Positions 19,270-27,626 of a DNA stretch of 64,000 nucleotides are shown piece after piece. Each line of letters begins with the position of its first letter. Position 1 is the stretch's first letter. Made by a program: the position numbers and the translations under genes. Source of the stretch: Rhodospirillaceae bacterium (GTDB lineage: Bacteria > Pseudomonadota > Gammaproteobacteria > Steroidobacterales > Rariloculaceae). Where the stretch lies: the NCBI GenBank assembly GCA_002718345.1, contig PBDA01000017.1, positions 17,884 through 81,883 on the forward strand, given 5' to 3'. The notes below the pieces were generated by a model that had not been told where the DNA came from, searched no databases, and saw only the letters and a list, made by a program, of their open reading frames with translations.

Positions 19270-21522
19270 TCAGAAGCGAAAGGTGTAATTAAGTTTTATG
19301 GCAAGATCACTTAAAGTGGATTCAAACCGGTTGTTCAGGTCCATATCTTGAAGATTGTGGTTAAAAACAATAAAAAATTCTTTTCCCGCTTCAGGAATCC
19401 AATGAAGCCTAGAATTTAGTCCCGCTGTTTCGGTGACATTATCGTACTGTATTAACGTAAGCCAAGAGACTTTATTGGAAAAGATTATGTCGGTTCTAAA
19501 TCCAACAAGCCGAGTATTAAAAATGCCATTTGGAAGTTCTACATCATTAAAATCATAGTTAAGTCGAAATTGAAAATGATTGCTTGGACGCCAGCCAATG
19601 GATGTTCCAATTCTTGTGCGCGTTCCACCATAAAAATCCCCGGTTCGATAATTAGCACTTCCCCATATCCTTCTAAAATCACCAGTAGAGAATGATAATT
19701 CTGTTTCATTGAATGCATAGCTATCAGGTGGAACTATTATTTTTTCAGAACCTTTTTTCCAGATCACATAGGGTTCAGTGAGAACTTCTTTAGTAGAATG
19801 GAAACGAAGATGTCCTCTATCACGAAGATGAGACTCTAGTTCTAGCGCGCGAAGGGTAACTACCTGCGATTGTAAACCACCACTAATTAAATCCACTCGA
19901 TGCGCGTCAACAGCACTGTAGACTGTTCTTAAAAACTCTCCACCAACTCGTCGACTGTAGCCAAGCTCAAATGTTTGGTCACGAATACCAGCTCTATTGA
20001 CAAAACCTAGAGCTGGGAAAAAATTTTCTTCGATTTGTTTGACACCAATGCCACCACGCCATCCTAAAACATTTGTGGCACGGATTCGCATGCCATAGGC
20101 GCTTTGGTTTTCATTGATTCCATCGGTTCTTGATTCTTGGTACCAAGCCTCTCCTTGTATCGACTTTCCTCCGGGTAATCTGGTGTTGTTATATAGAAAA
20201 TCAAACCCACCAACACTATTTCCTACGTTGGACCTAGGATCGCCATCTGTGATTAGAATACCGGCAGAAGATTCCTCTAAAACATTTGCTGTTATCCGTC
20301 CGACAAAGATATCACTAGCATGAATGTTCTCATACTGGTCCTGTCTGATAGCAAGTGCTCCCACATTCCAGCGACCTACTCTGCCACTAAGTTTAGCTCC
20401 AGCATCTATATCTACTGGTTGGCCAGCCGAACCTAAACCAATTCTTCTTGAGAAGTATGGCCTACCATTTTCTAAGTCTGGTTGTGAAAAGGAACTAGTC
20501 CCAGTCAGACCGAATCCAAGTCTCCCACCAACTCTGGCATAACGAAAAATATCGGCATCTCTCAAAAAAAATGTACGTTTCTCAGGAAAAAAAAGACTAA
20601 ACCGGGTGAGTTCCAATTGACGGGTATCAACCTCAGTAGCGGAAAAGTCTGTATTCAGAGTGACTGCTCCGTTAAGGGATGGCGTGATCTTATAGAATAG
20701 ATCTAGTGAAGGCTCAGCATTAGTTTCATTTGAAGATATATCAAAGTCCTTTTTCTCCTTTAAGGTTACTGATGGAACAATGTCGATACCTTTGCCTAAT
20801 TGGAGTTGCTCGAAGCCAACGGCCTCACCTGCAATGCTTGGGTCTTGGCTTGAGTTTCTAGAAACCCACCCACTCATTTCACTTATGCGCCCGAGATCTC
20901 TGGTGAAATTAATGCCCCAAGTGTCATTTTGCGGATTGAATGAAAGTGTTTTGAAAGGAATTGATATTTCGGCTACCCATCCAGATTCATTTCTGCTTAC
21001 AGCCCCATACCAAATGCCATTCCAGTTCCAGTCTTGTCCACTAGTGTCATAGAACAGCATTTCCATCCTGACGCCATTAGGGTTAATTTGAAAACGATAG
21101 CCATTTCTTTTGTCATTAAATGGCGCAACAATAACCGACAGATAATCGTCACCCCAAAAATGAGCTCCCTGTCTCAGGGTATTAGCGTTCATAGTCTCTG
21201 GTTGTGAGTCAAAAAGTTTTGCTCCGATGTAAAGCGCATCATCATCGTAAAAAATACGGATCTCAGTATTTTCTGTTGGTGAGTCATACTCAATGGGCCT
21301 TATCTGATGAAGGTCATTAATCATTGCAGCCGATTCCCAAGCTTCTTCATCAAGCTGTCCATCAATCGTTGGAGTTTGGTCACGATTAATAGATACAGTT
21401 TTTGTTTCTTGTTCTGTAGACGGCGTAATCTGGGAGTATGCAAGCCCTGTATAAAGTATTGGCAATAGACTAATAGCGATCATACACAACATTTCAAATG
21501 CTCTTGTGGTGTATTTTTTCAT
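19270..21522 (-). CDS. Outer-membrane protein with CBM9-like/DOMON-like domain and beta-barrel (DUF5916-like), copy 2
   Basis: Collinear with 13890..16166 over the full length, roughly two-thirds identical by eye. Both share FSATEVD.RQ.ELTRFSLFFPEKRTFFLRD and end ...NYTFRF. Confidence 0.65.
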   Translation of the reverse strand: MKKYTTRAFEMLCMIAISLLPILYTGLAYSQITPSTEQETKTVSINRDQTPTIDGQLDEEAWESAAMINDLHQIRPIEYDSPTENTEIRIFYDDDALYIGAKLFDSQPETMNANTLRQGAHFWGDDYLSVIVAPFNDKRNGYRFQINPNGVRMEMLFYDTSGQDWNWNGIWYGAVSRNESGWVAEISIPFKTLSFNPQNDTWGINFTRDLGRISEMSGWVSRNSSQDPSIAGEAVGFEQLQLGKGIDIVPSVTLKEKKDFDISSNETNAEPSLDLFYKITPSLNGAVTLNTDFSATEVDTRQLELTRFSLFFPEKRTFFLRDADIFRYARVGGRLGFGLTGTSSFSQPDLENGRPYFSRRIGLGSAGQPVDIDAGAKLSGRVGRWNVGALAIRQDQYENIHASDIFVGRITANVLEESSAGILITDGDPRSNVGNSVGGFDFLYNNTRLPGGKSIQGEAWYQESRTDGINENQSAYGMRIRATNVLGWRGGIGVKQIEENFFPALGFVNRAGIRDQTFELGYSRRVGGEFLRTVYSAVDAHRVDLISGGLQSQVVTLRALELESHLRDRGHLRFHSTKEVLTEPYVIWKKGSEKIIVPPDSYAFNETELSFSTGDFRRIWGSANYRTGDFYGGTRTRIGTSIGWRPSNHFQFRLNYDFNDVELPNGIFNTRLVGFRTDIIFSNKVSWLTLIQYDNVTETAGLNSRLHWIPEAGKEFFIVFNHNLQDMDLNNRFESTLSDLAIKLNYTFRF

Positions 21523-21536
21523 AGCCTGTACTAATG

Positions 21537-22553
21537 TTACTGAAGCGTGAATTGACTCGCGTTATTTGGGTCACAATCAAATCCAAGCATTGGGAAATGC
21601 GGGGCATAATGCCAAATCACTGTACCTGTGAATGGTGTTTCCAAATATTCTGGGTCTTCGAGAACATAATCGATGTGTAGTTCGGTGCCATCTTCGTTCA
21701 AGGTGAACCGTTCAGTTACGTGTTTATTTATGCCAGAGGGCACGCCACTACCTATCACTGGAGATCGGTGAGGTTCAAATAGGGAAGTTTCTACCACTAA
21801 AGTTTCTCCTTCCCACCTTCCAATTGAGTAGCCTTGGTTACTGTAAGGCTCTTCTGCTGGTTGTTCTCTTCCATCAATATAGATAGCACGTTCAACATTG
21901 AAACGTTCATTACGAATAATCAATGAATTTTCAGTAATCTTAATCTCATTTAAATTGGGAGATATCAGGCTAGCCGGACTAGGAATCGCTATGCATTGTG
22001 CCTGAGGACTGTCAGATATAACGCTATAATCAGCGCGAGCAGCAATGCCCCTATCAGTAAGCATTGCTTCTCCCCAATTCTCATAGAACTGAATAAAGTC
22101 GGAATAGCCAAGTTCCCAAATCCCAGATATATCAGATGCGCTCGATCTTAAGTCCATGTCATCTGTCTTTCTGAGAAAATAAGAACGAGCTGAAAGAGTT
22201 TCGGTTTCCGTTGAGATTGATACTAAAAGAGCATGTTTGTGTTCTATTCGTTTGTCCGGATAAGCACGAACCAAAACTTGATCTCCGGGCATCAATGATG
22301 TTGATGTCCATCCACTTCTTGTCAAAATTGGCGTTGCGTCAGTCTCAACTTCCCACTCAACAAGCTCACCATTTTCCGTTTGCGTTTCCACATAGATATA
22401 TACGTGTGGATTAGTCCAGGTAAAGCGTGTGACCTTTCCTTGAAAGACAGTTACCGCAGTTCTATCAAAAATAGTTGCACTATGATGACTTAGGGCAGGC
22501 GATAAGCCTAAAAGTGCTGTTGTTGTGATAGAAATAATTAGAGGTTTTACCAC
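21537..22553 (-). CDS. Secreted fusion protein: HHS/NPH module (DUF6152-like) plus family X domain
   Basis: I prefer GTG at 22553 because it has an AGGAG Shine-Dalgarno; it gives MVKPLIISITTTALLGLSPALS then HHSATIFD...WTNPH...WEVETD. The C-terminal half has ISGIW, GRWEGETLVVETS, VTERFTL and LEDPEYLETPF. Confidence 0.65.
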   Translation of the reverse strand: MVKPLIISITTTALLGLSPALSHHSATIFDRTAVTVFQGKVTRFTWTNPHVYIYVETQTENGELVEWEVETDATPILTRSGWTSTSLMPGDQVLVRAYPDKRIEHKHALLVSISTETETLSARSYFLRKTDDMDLRSSASDISGIWELGYSDFIQFYENWGEAMLTDRGIAARADYSVISDSPQAQCIAIPSPASLISPNLNEIKITENSLIIRNERFNVERAIYIDGREQPAEEPYSNQGYSIGRWEGETLVVETSLFEPHRSPVIGSGVPSGINKHVTERFTLNEDGTELHIDYVLEDPEYLETPFTGTVIWHYAPHFPMLGFDCDPNNASQFTLQ

Positions 22554-22810
22554 GAAATGACTCCTAGAATTACTGTCCAAACTTATCAGGATATCAGTGC
22601 TTTAAAAGTAGATAAGATTATAGAGAATCATTTTATCTCAGCTATTCGATATCTAAAACTTTGGGTATCGGAATATCCTTGTTAAAAATAAGTTTGCATT
22701 ATTAGACTCTTTGTAAGAGTTTCTATAATAAGACAACACAAAATCAAAGGATATTTCGTAGCTTTTAAATAGAAAAATTGCAAATAAAGAGAAATATAAA
22801 CAGATTTTTT

Positions 22811-23293
22811 TTAAGGAAATCCAATTAGTCGACCACAGACTGAGATACAACCCCAAAGAGAGAGGGAAATTAAAGCAATTGTTTTTTTCTTGTTCTGTGA
22901 CGTGTTTGCATTAAGTAATGCTGCTTTCCTAATAGTAAAAGTAAATGTGATAGCTGAAATAAGAGCAATTAGTTTCACCCAAAAAGCACTCAGATAATAA
23001 TACTTTGTAGCAAAACACATAAAAAGCGGAAGCCCAGTCAACCCCATGATGAGAATTCCCGTAATTTGCAAACGTTCTATTTCACGCGCAATTTGATGAG
23101 TAGGTTGATTTGCTAGCCCATAGCCCATCAAGCTCAGATCTCCCAATAATACAGCACCACCTACTACGACAAGGCCGAACAAATGGACAGTTGCAATAGT
23201 TGGGAAAAGCCATAGCGAACTTCGCATTTCAACTAGTAAAGGCAAATGCTCAATCATATGGCATATTTCCAATAGAGACATTAGCCAAACCAA
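22811..23293 (-). CDS. 4-TM inner-membrane protein, tandem paralog 2
   Basis: Four hydrophobic segments. It shares TVH....VVGG....GDL.L.G and a C-terminal GRLIG with the upstream ORF. Start is ATG 23293 or ATG 23281 (TAATG junction). Confidence 0.55.
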   Translation of the reverse strand: MVWLMSLLEICHMIEHLPLLVEMRSSLWLFPTIATVHLFGLVVVGGAVLLGDLSLMGYGLANQPTHQIAREIERLQITGILIMGLTGLPLFMCFATKYYYLSAFWVKLIALISAITFTFTIRKAALLNANTSQNKKKTIALISLSLWGCISVCGRLIGFP

Positions 23294-23778
23294 TACTGCT
23301 GATAGGGAATAAATCGACCAGTAGTAATAATCCCCATCCAGAGCGCTAGTCCTAAACCACCAGTGAGTCTAGCGCTAACCGGCGGCATTGGAGCTTGATC
23401 CCATTCCGCAAGATTACGACAAACAAATTTTAGAAATAGGAAGACATTTATACCCGCTAATATCAACATGGCTATCTTTGCTCGAAAAAATATATTGTCG
23501 TATTTATCTACTGGTGATGCATAAAACATTAAAAACCCAGTAATTGTCATTATTGCGAAACCTAACATGTTCCATGAAATGAGACGTTTCATCACCACAG
23601 ATGTTGGTATATACCTCATCATTAAGCCCAAGAGTCTTAAGTCAATAATCAGCGCTGTTCCTCCAAACACAGTTAAAGTGAGCACATGAAGCGTAAGAAT
23701 AAAAAGATACACGTAATGAGATTCGTGAAGTGAAACACTCCACGAAGTCAATGCTAGCCATTCTAGGAAGCTAACCAA
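23281..23778 (-). CDS. 4-TM inner-membrane protein, tandem paralog 1
   Basis: Four hydrophobic segments, with motifs TLHVLTLTVFGGTALIIDLRLLG and TGRFIPY. I could not assign a family. Confidence 0.55.
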   Translation of the reverse strand: MVSFLEWLALTSWSVSLHESHYVYLFILTLHVLTLTVFGGTALIIDLRLLGLMMRYIPTSVVMKRLISWNMLGFAIMTITGFLMFYASPVDKYDNIFFRAKIAMLILAGINVFLFLKFVCRNLAEWDQAPMPPVSARLTGGLGLALWMGIITTGRFIPYQQYWFG

Positions 23779-23879
23779 CTAAATCATCTCTATTTGCAAA
23801 GGGTCCGATTAACTATCTGGGATTAAAGTTGCCCGATTACCATACCGCAGCAAGGGATTTGCAAAATGGTTCGAAAATA

Positions 23880-24305
23880 TCAGCGGTTAGGCCGTGGGTT
23901 GCCGTCTGCACCTGGAGCAGATCCCCCCATGAATACCTTTCGTCCATCAAGATATTCAAAGAAAACTGCCACACCTTTGTTTTCACCGCTTTTTGCTTGA
24001 TAAGCAAAAACCCGTATTTCTGATCCCTCGGGCAGAGTGTCTTTGCTAACTCCATTGCGAAATAAGTTAACAGGAGGTCCTCCTTCAAAGCCCCAATTCG
24101 TAACTGTTCCATCTTCGCTAGTAACATCTACCCAGAGCCAGGAATGGGGGTTTGTAAGTTCAACCCTTGTTACTACCCCCTCCATATTGAGAGGTTTGTT
24201 TTCATCATAAGCTGCCGCAAAGGAATGGTGAGCTTGTGTTGGTAAAACCAATAGAAACGACACAGCGCAAATTATCTTCAGGAGTAATGCAATTGTTATT
24301 CTCAT
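23880..24305 (-). CDS. Small secreted HHS/NPH protein (DUF6152-like), stand-alone copy 1
   Basis: MRITIALLLKIICAVSFLLVLPTQA then HHSFAAAYDENKP..VELTNPHSWLWVDV..WGFEGGPPVNL. Size (141 aa) and motifs match my recollection of DUF6152. Confidence 0.7.
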   Translation of the reverse strand: MRITIALLLKIICAVSFLLVLPTQAHHSFAAAYDENKPLNMEGVVTRVELTNPHSWLWVDVTSEDGTVTNWGFEGGPPVNLFRNGVSKDTLPEGSEIRVFAYQAKSGENKGVAVFFEYLDGRKVFMGGSAPGADGNPRPNR

Positions 24306-24319
24306 GGCGTCAATTCCCC

Positions 24320-25468
24320 CTACCTTGATTCAATTTTTTGGGCAGCTTGGTACTCTGCTGCACGGGTTCTAGCCCCTCTAAGTACATTAATAATGCCATA
24401 GTTTTGTTCATGGCAGGCGAATTCAAATAGCCAACCAGGAGAATCCATCATTGGCCAAGGGACTTCTATACTCCATGGAGTTTCCCAAGTGCTGGGATCC
24501 GTTAATGTAGCTTCATAGAGTAGAGTTTGATCATCAATTCTTGTAAAGCGTTCTTCTAGCTGTAGTCCTTCGCTAGAGCCATTCCACTTTCGGTTTTTAT
24601 GAAAATTTGTAGTTTCAACAACTAAGGTATTGTTTTCCCAATGACCTCTAGAATCCCCTAAGTAACTTCGAACAGTTTCTGGAGCATGATTGGAACCGTT
24701 TAAATGAAAGATGCGGACATCACTATTGGCTTGCGTAATTAATATCACGTGATTAGGGGTTTGAATGATTTGGGATTGACCTATATTTTGCACAAATGGA
24801 ATCCCCGGCGGGCCTTGATTTCCTTGTATGCAACGTTCATAGAGTCCTCTGGATTCAAGTGTGTGTCGACGAGCTTGGGCTTCATGTCTTGTTTGCCCTT
24901 CAGGCGTAAGTTTTGGCACACGCCCATTCAAAGGATTTGTTATAAGCGAAGTGCGGCGATTGGGCCGTATTGGGCTTTGCCAATTATCCATTCCAAACTC
25001 AGTCCAGTCGTAGTGAACGGTGGCTGGATCTACTGAAGCATCCTGTGTTGCTCGATGCACAAAAGCGGATATTGCTTCTTCCCTAGTATAAAAAGGTTTG
25101 TTTATGTTTTCTTCTGAGCGCTCAAGGGGCGTGTAGGCTACATTTAACCAATAACCGGCGATATCAGGGTCTCCCCAAGAAGTTTTCGAAGTAGGTGAGC
25201 GGGGGGTTGAGGGATCCCAAATTATTTCAGTTGCACTTTCAAGAAAGGCCTCAGCTTCTTCCTGAAAGTAGGCATAGGTTGAGTCAGATGTGTGTGGGGA
25301 AGCTGCTCGCGCTGCCTCAAGGGTTTCTTGTGAACGCTGGTTGATAAGTGCCGAGGGAGGTGGCGTAGTTTGGCTCTCTGCAAGAGTAGTAACAGCTAAA
25401 ACGATTGCTGAGGACACTATTACACGTATTTTTAAGGTTTTTCCTGACAGTAAAATTATTTGCGACAT
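24320..25468 (-). CDS. Secreted family X protein (382 aa)
   Basis: Signal peptide, PDIAGYW, ERCIQGNQGPPGIP, GHWENNTLVVETT, LEERFT..LLYEATLTDPSTWETPW and FEFAC. Confidence 0.6.
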   Translation of the reverse strand: MSQIILLSGKTLKIRVIVSSAIVLAVTTLAESQTTPPPSALINQRSQETLEAARAASPHTSDSTYAYFQEEAEAFLESATEIIWDPSTPRSPTSKTSWGDPDIAGYWLNVAYTPLERSEENINKPFYTREEAISAFVHRATQDASVDPATVHYDWTEFGMDNWQSPIRPNRRTSLITNPLNGRVPKLTPEGQTRHEAQARRHTLESRGLYERCIQGNQGPPGIPFVQNIGQSQIIQTPNHVILITQANSDVRIFHLNGSNHAPETVRSYLGDSRGHWENNTLVVETTNFHKNRKWNGSSEGLQLEERFTRIDDQTLLYEATLTDPSTWETPWSIEVPWPMMDSPGWLFEFACHEQNYGIINVLRGARTRAAEYQAAQKIESR

Positions 25469-25482
25469 TTAGAAACCTTAGT

Positions 25483-26367
25483 TTAGGGATCGTTCGATAC
25501 ATCTTCCTCATAAAAACCAAGTGGCTTGTAAAACATGGGTTCTACTATTGGAACGCAATTAAATTCTTTTAGTTCAGCATTCTCCTCTATGTGTTTATAT
25601 AGAATAAAACTCATTTTCCAGGGGCGGGTAAACACATTTGGATCTTCTATAGTTGCTTCATACTTCATGTGGTAAGGGCTGAGAGGCGTCCATCTTTCTG
25701 TAACATGAAGGTCATCGCTGGCAAAATTACCCTCTCGATCTAACCATGTATGCTCATTGAATCCTTTCACATCCACAACTAGGGTATTTCCTTCCCAGTG
25801 TCCGTTAGATGTACCCATCCAAGATGCGTCAAGTGCTGGTCTTTCTTCGTCCATATAAATTGTTCTATAGGCGCCTTTGTACTCATAGACAATAAGTATT
25901 TGATCAGCAGTCTGAAATATCTGAAATGGGTATGGCATATAGTTCGCACGTGGAACACCCGCACGGAAACACAATAGCTCAGGATCACCTGTATCAAATC
26001 TGGTTGGGTCATTTGCAGCAGTTACTACAGCGCGTGTTTCATAATTTCTCTGTTGTTCTGCAACTGCCCATTCTTGGTATGGCAATTCATTTCCTTCAAC
26101 AATTCCATAGCCTGCGCGTCCCGCTCCCCAAGCACCTGACTGCTCAGCGAAGGGGCCAGCCTGAACAGGGTGAGACAAGATATTCCAATTCGCTGTAGTG
26201 AATGATTGCCAGATACCAGATATATCTGGTGTCCCATGTGGGGTACGGGGTGGTGTATATTCCGGAAACAGATCTTGATCGGGTAGCTCTTGCGCTAACC
26301 CTAAAACGCTATAAAACGAAAAAATTACTAGAAAAATAAATCGCTTGTTTAGTCGCAGGTCTTTCAA
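25483..26367 (-). CDS. Secreted family X protein (294 aa)
   Basis: Signal peptide, PDISGIWQ, LLCFRAGVPRANYMPYPFQI, GHWEGNTLVVDV, VTERWT..YEATIEDPNVFTRPW and EFNC. TTG start. Confidence 0.6.
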   Translation of the reverse strand: MKDLRLNKRFIFLVIFSFYSVLGLAQELPDQDLFPEYTPPRTPHGTPDISGIWQSFTTANWNILSHPVQAGPFAEQSGAWGAGRAGYGIVEGNELPYQEWAVAEQQRNYETRAVVTAANDPTRFDTGDPELLCFRAGVPRANYMPYPFQIFQTADQILIVYEYKGAYRTIYMDEERPALDASWMGTSNGHWEGNTLVVDVKGFNEHTWLDREGNFASDDLHVTERWTPLSPYHMKYEATIEDPNVFTRPWKMSFILYKHIEENAELKEFNCVPIVEPMFYKPLGFYEEDVSNDP

Positions 26368-26487
26368 AATTTTCGCCCCCCAGTTTACTAGCTACTATTC
26401 TTTTTTGTATTAGTCTGAGCCTACCACTGTCCGCCTTATTAGAGCATATTATTGTAGAGATAGTTATTTGTTCGGGTTATTAAAGCA

Positions 26488-27219
26488 CTATTCATTTGTT
26501 TGCGTCATTTCCATGTAAGCATAGCATTCATATTCCAGAATTTGCGCATGGTCTTCTTTTCGTCGATATAACGGCATACGAACTGTCCAGGGTTCCGAAT
26601 AGATTTTTGGGTCCTCAATAGTTGCCGCATAAAGTATGTGGTCCGGTCCGGAAAGGGTATAGCGTTCAGTCACATGGAGGTCTTCACTATGGTAATTTCC
26701 CGAGCGGTCGAACCAAGTTTGATCTGTGAAGTGGATAACATCGACTACCAAAGTATCACCTTCCCAGTGTGCTCGCGAATCTCCCATCCACCATTGAATA
26801 GGGCCTGGCGGATGATCACTGTCTAAATAAATATTGCGAAAAGTATGTATATATTCATACAAGATCGTAACTTGGTTGTTCGTCTGCATTATCTGAAATG
26901 GGTAAGGCATGTAGGTGATCCGCGGGACACCAACCATAAAACACTTTGCTTCAGGGTCCTCAGTTAATCTATTACTAAAATTCTCTTTGCGTTTTTGTAT
27001 TGCATCCTCTCTATAGGGCAGTTTGCCAGTGTCTATATTCCCATGTCCTGCTGGAATGCCCAGTTCAGCAGGATGATCTTCTATGTTCCAAACGGCGCTA
27101 CTAATCGTTTGCCATATACCTCTAAGATCAGGTCGTCCATCTTTCATACGTGGAATCTCGTGGGCCCAGCCCACTACTGAGACTGTAAGAGTCATTACAC
27201 AAAGCACGATTCTGAACAT
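26488..27219 (-). CDS. Secreted family X protein (243 aa, minimal form)
   Basis: Signal peptide, PDLRGIWQ, KCFMVGVPRITYMPYPFQI, AHWEGDTLVVDV, VTERYT..YAATIEDPKIYSEPW and EYEC. An AGGAGA Shine-Dalgarno lies inside the upstream gene. Confidence 0.65.
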   Translation of the reverse strand: MFRIVLCVMTLTVSVVGWAHEIPRMKDGRPDLRGIWQTISSAVWNIEDHPAELGIPAGHGNIDTGKLPYREDAIQKRKENFSNRLTEDPEAKCFMVGVPRITYMPYPFQIMQTNNQVTILYEYIHTFRNIYLDSDHPPGPIQWWMGDSRAHWEGDTLVVDVIHFTDQTWFDRSGNYHSEDLHVTERYTLSGPDHILYAATIEDPKIYSEPWTVRMPLYRRKEDHAQILEYECYAYMEMTQTNE

Positions 27220-27221
27220 CC

Positions 27222-27626
27222 CTATCTTTCTCCTGGACGATTCCCACCAAATAAAGTTCGTCCATCCGGTAACTTTGTCTCACCCCCATACAATTCCTTG
27301 GAGCCATCCCTTGCAGGAAAACCACTAACAGTAATCATAGCTCCTATAGGCAAATCGTCAGCACGCCAACCTCTCCTGAATAGGTTGTTGGCACTACTGA
27401 ACCAGATAGTCCAAATTTCAGTGTTATTTTCATTAAGTCTCTCGACAAACATGCGAGCATGTGGATTTATAAAATCCATTTCTTTTATAGTGGCAGTCAG
27501 CAGGGTCTCAGAATCCATATCAAACCCTGCTGCAATAGAATGGTGGCAGTAAGCATCATTTAAAAACAGCAGATAAAGTCCCGATAGTGCGATTAACCAG
27601 ACTATCGTATGCTTGGTTCTTATCAT
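27222..27626 (-). CDS. Small secreted HHS/NPH protein (DUF6152-like), stand-alone copy 2
   Basis: MIRTKHTIVWLIALSGLYLLFLNDAYC then HHSIAAGFD...FINPHARMFV...WTIWF. ATG at 27626 forms an ATGA overlap with the stop of the upstream gene. Confidence 0.65.
   Translation of the reverse strand: MIRTKHTIVWLIALSGLYLLFLNDAYCHHSIAAGFDMDSETLLTATIKEMDFINPHARMFVERLNENNTEIWTIWFSSANNLFRRGWRADDLPIGAMITVSGFPARDGSKELYGGETKLPDGRTLFGGNRPGER

Noticed and set aside
22653-22856. 67-aa minus-strand ORF in the AT-rich spacer.
   Set aside because: It has a Phe/Leu/Ile/Lys-rich translation typical of AT-rich non-coding DNA, and it overlaps the 3' end of the 4-TM gene in another frame.
23829-24127. ORFs 23829-24023 (+) and 23837-24127 (-) overlapping the stand-alone HHS gene.
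   Set aside because: They are out of frame or antisense to an ORF that has a clean signal peptide and family motifs, and they have no motifs of their own.
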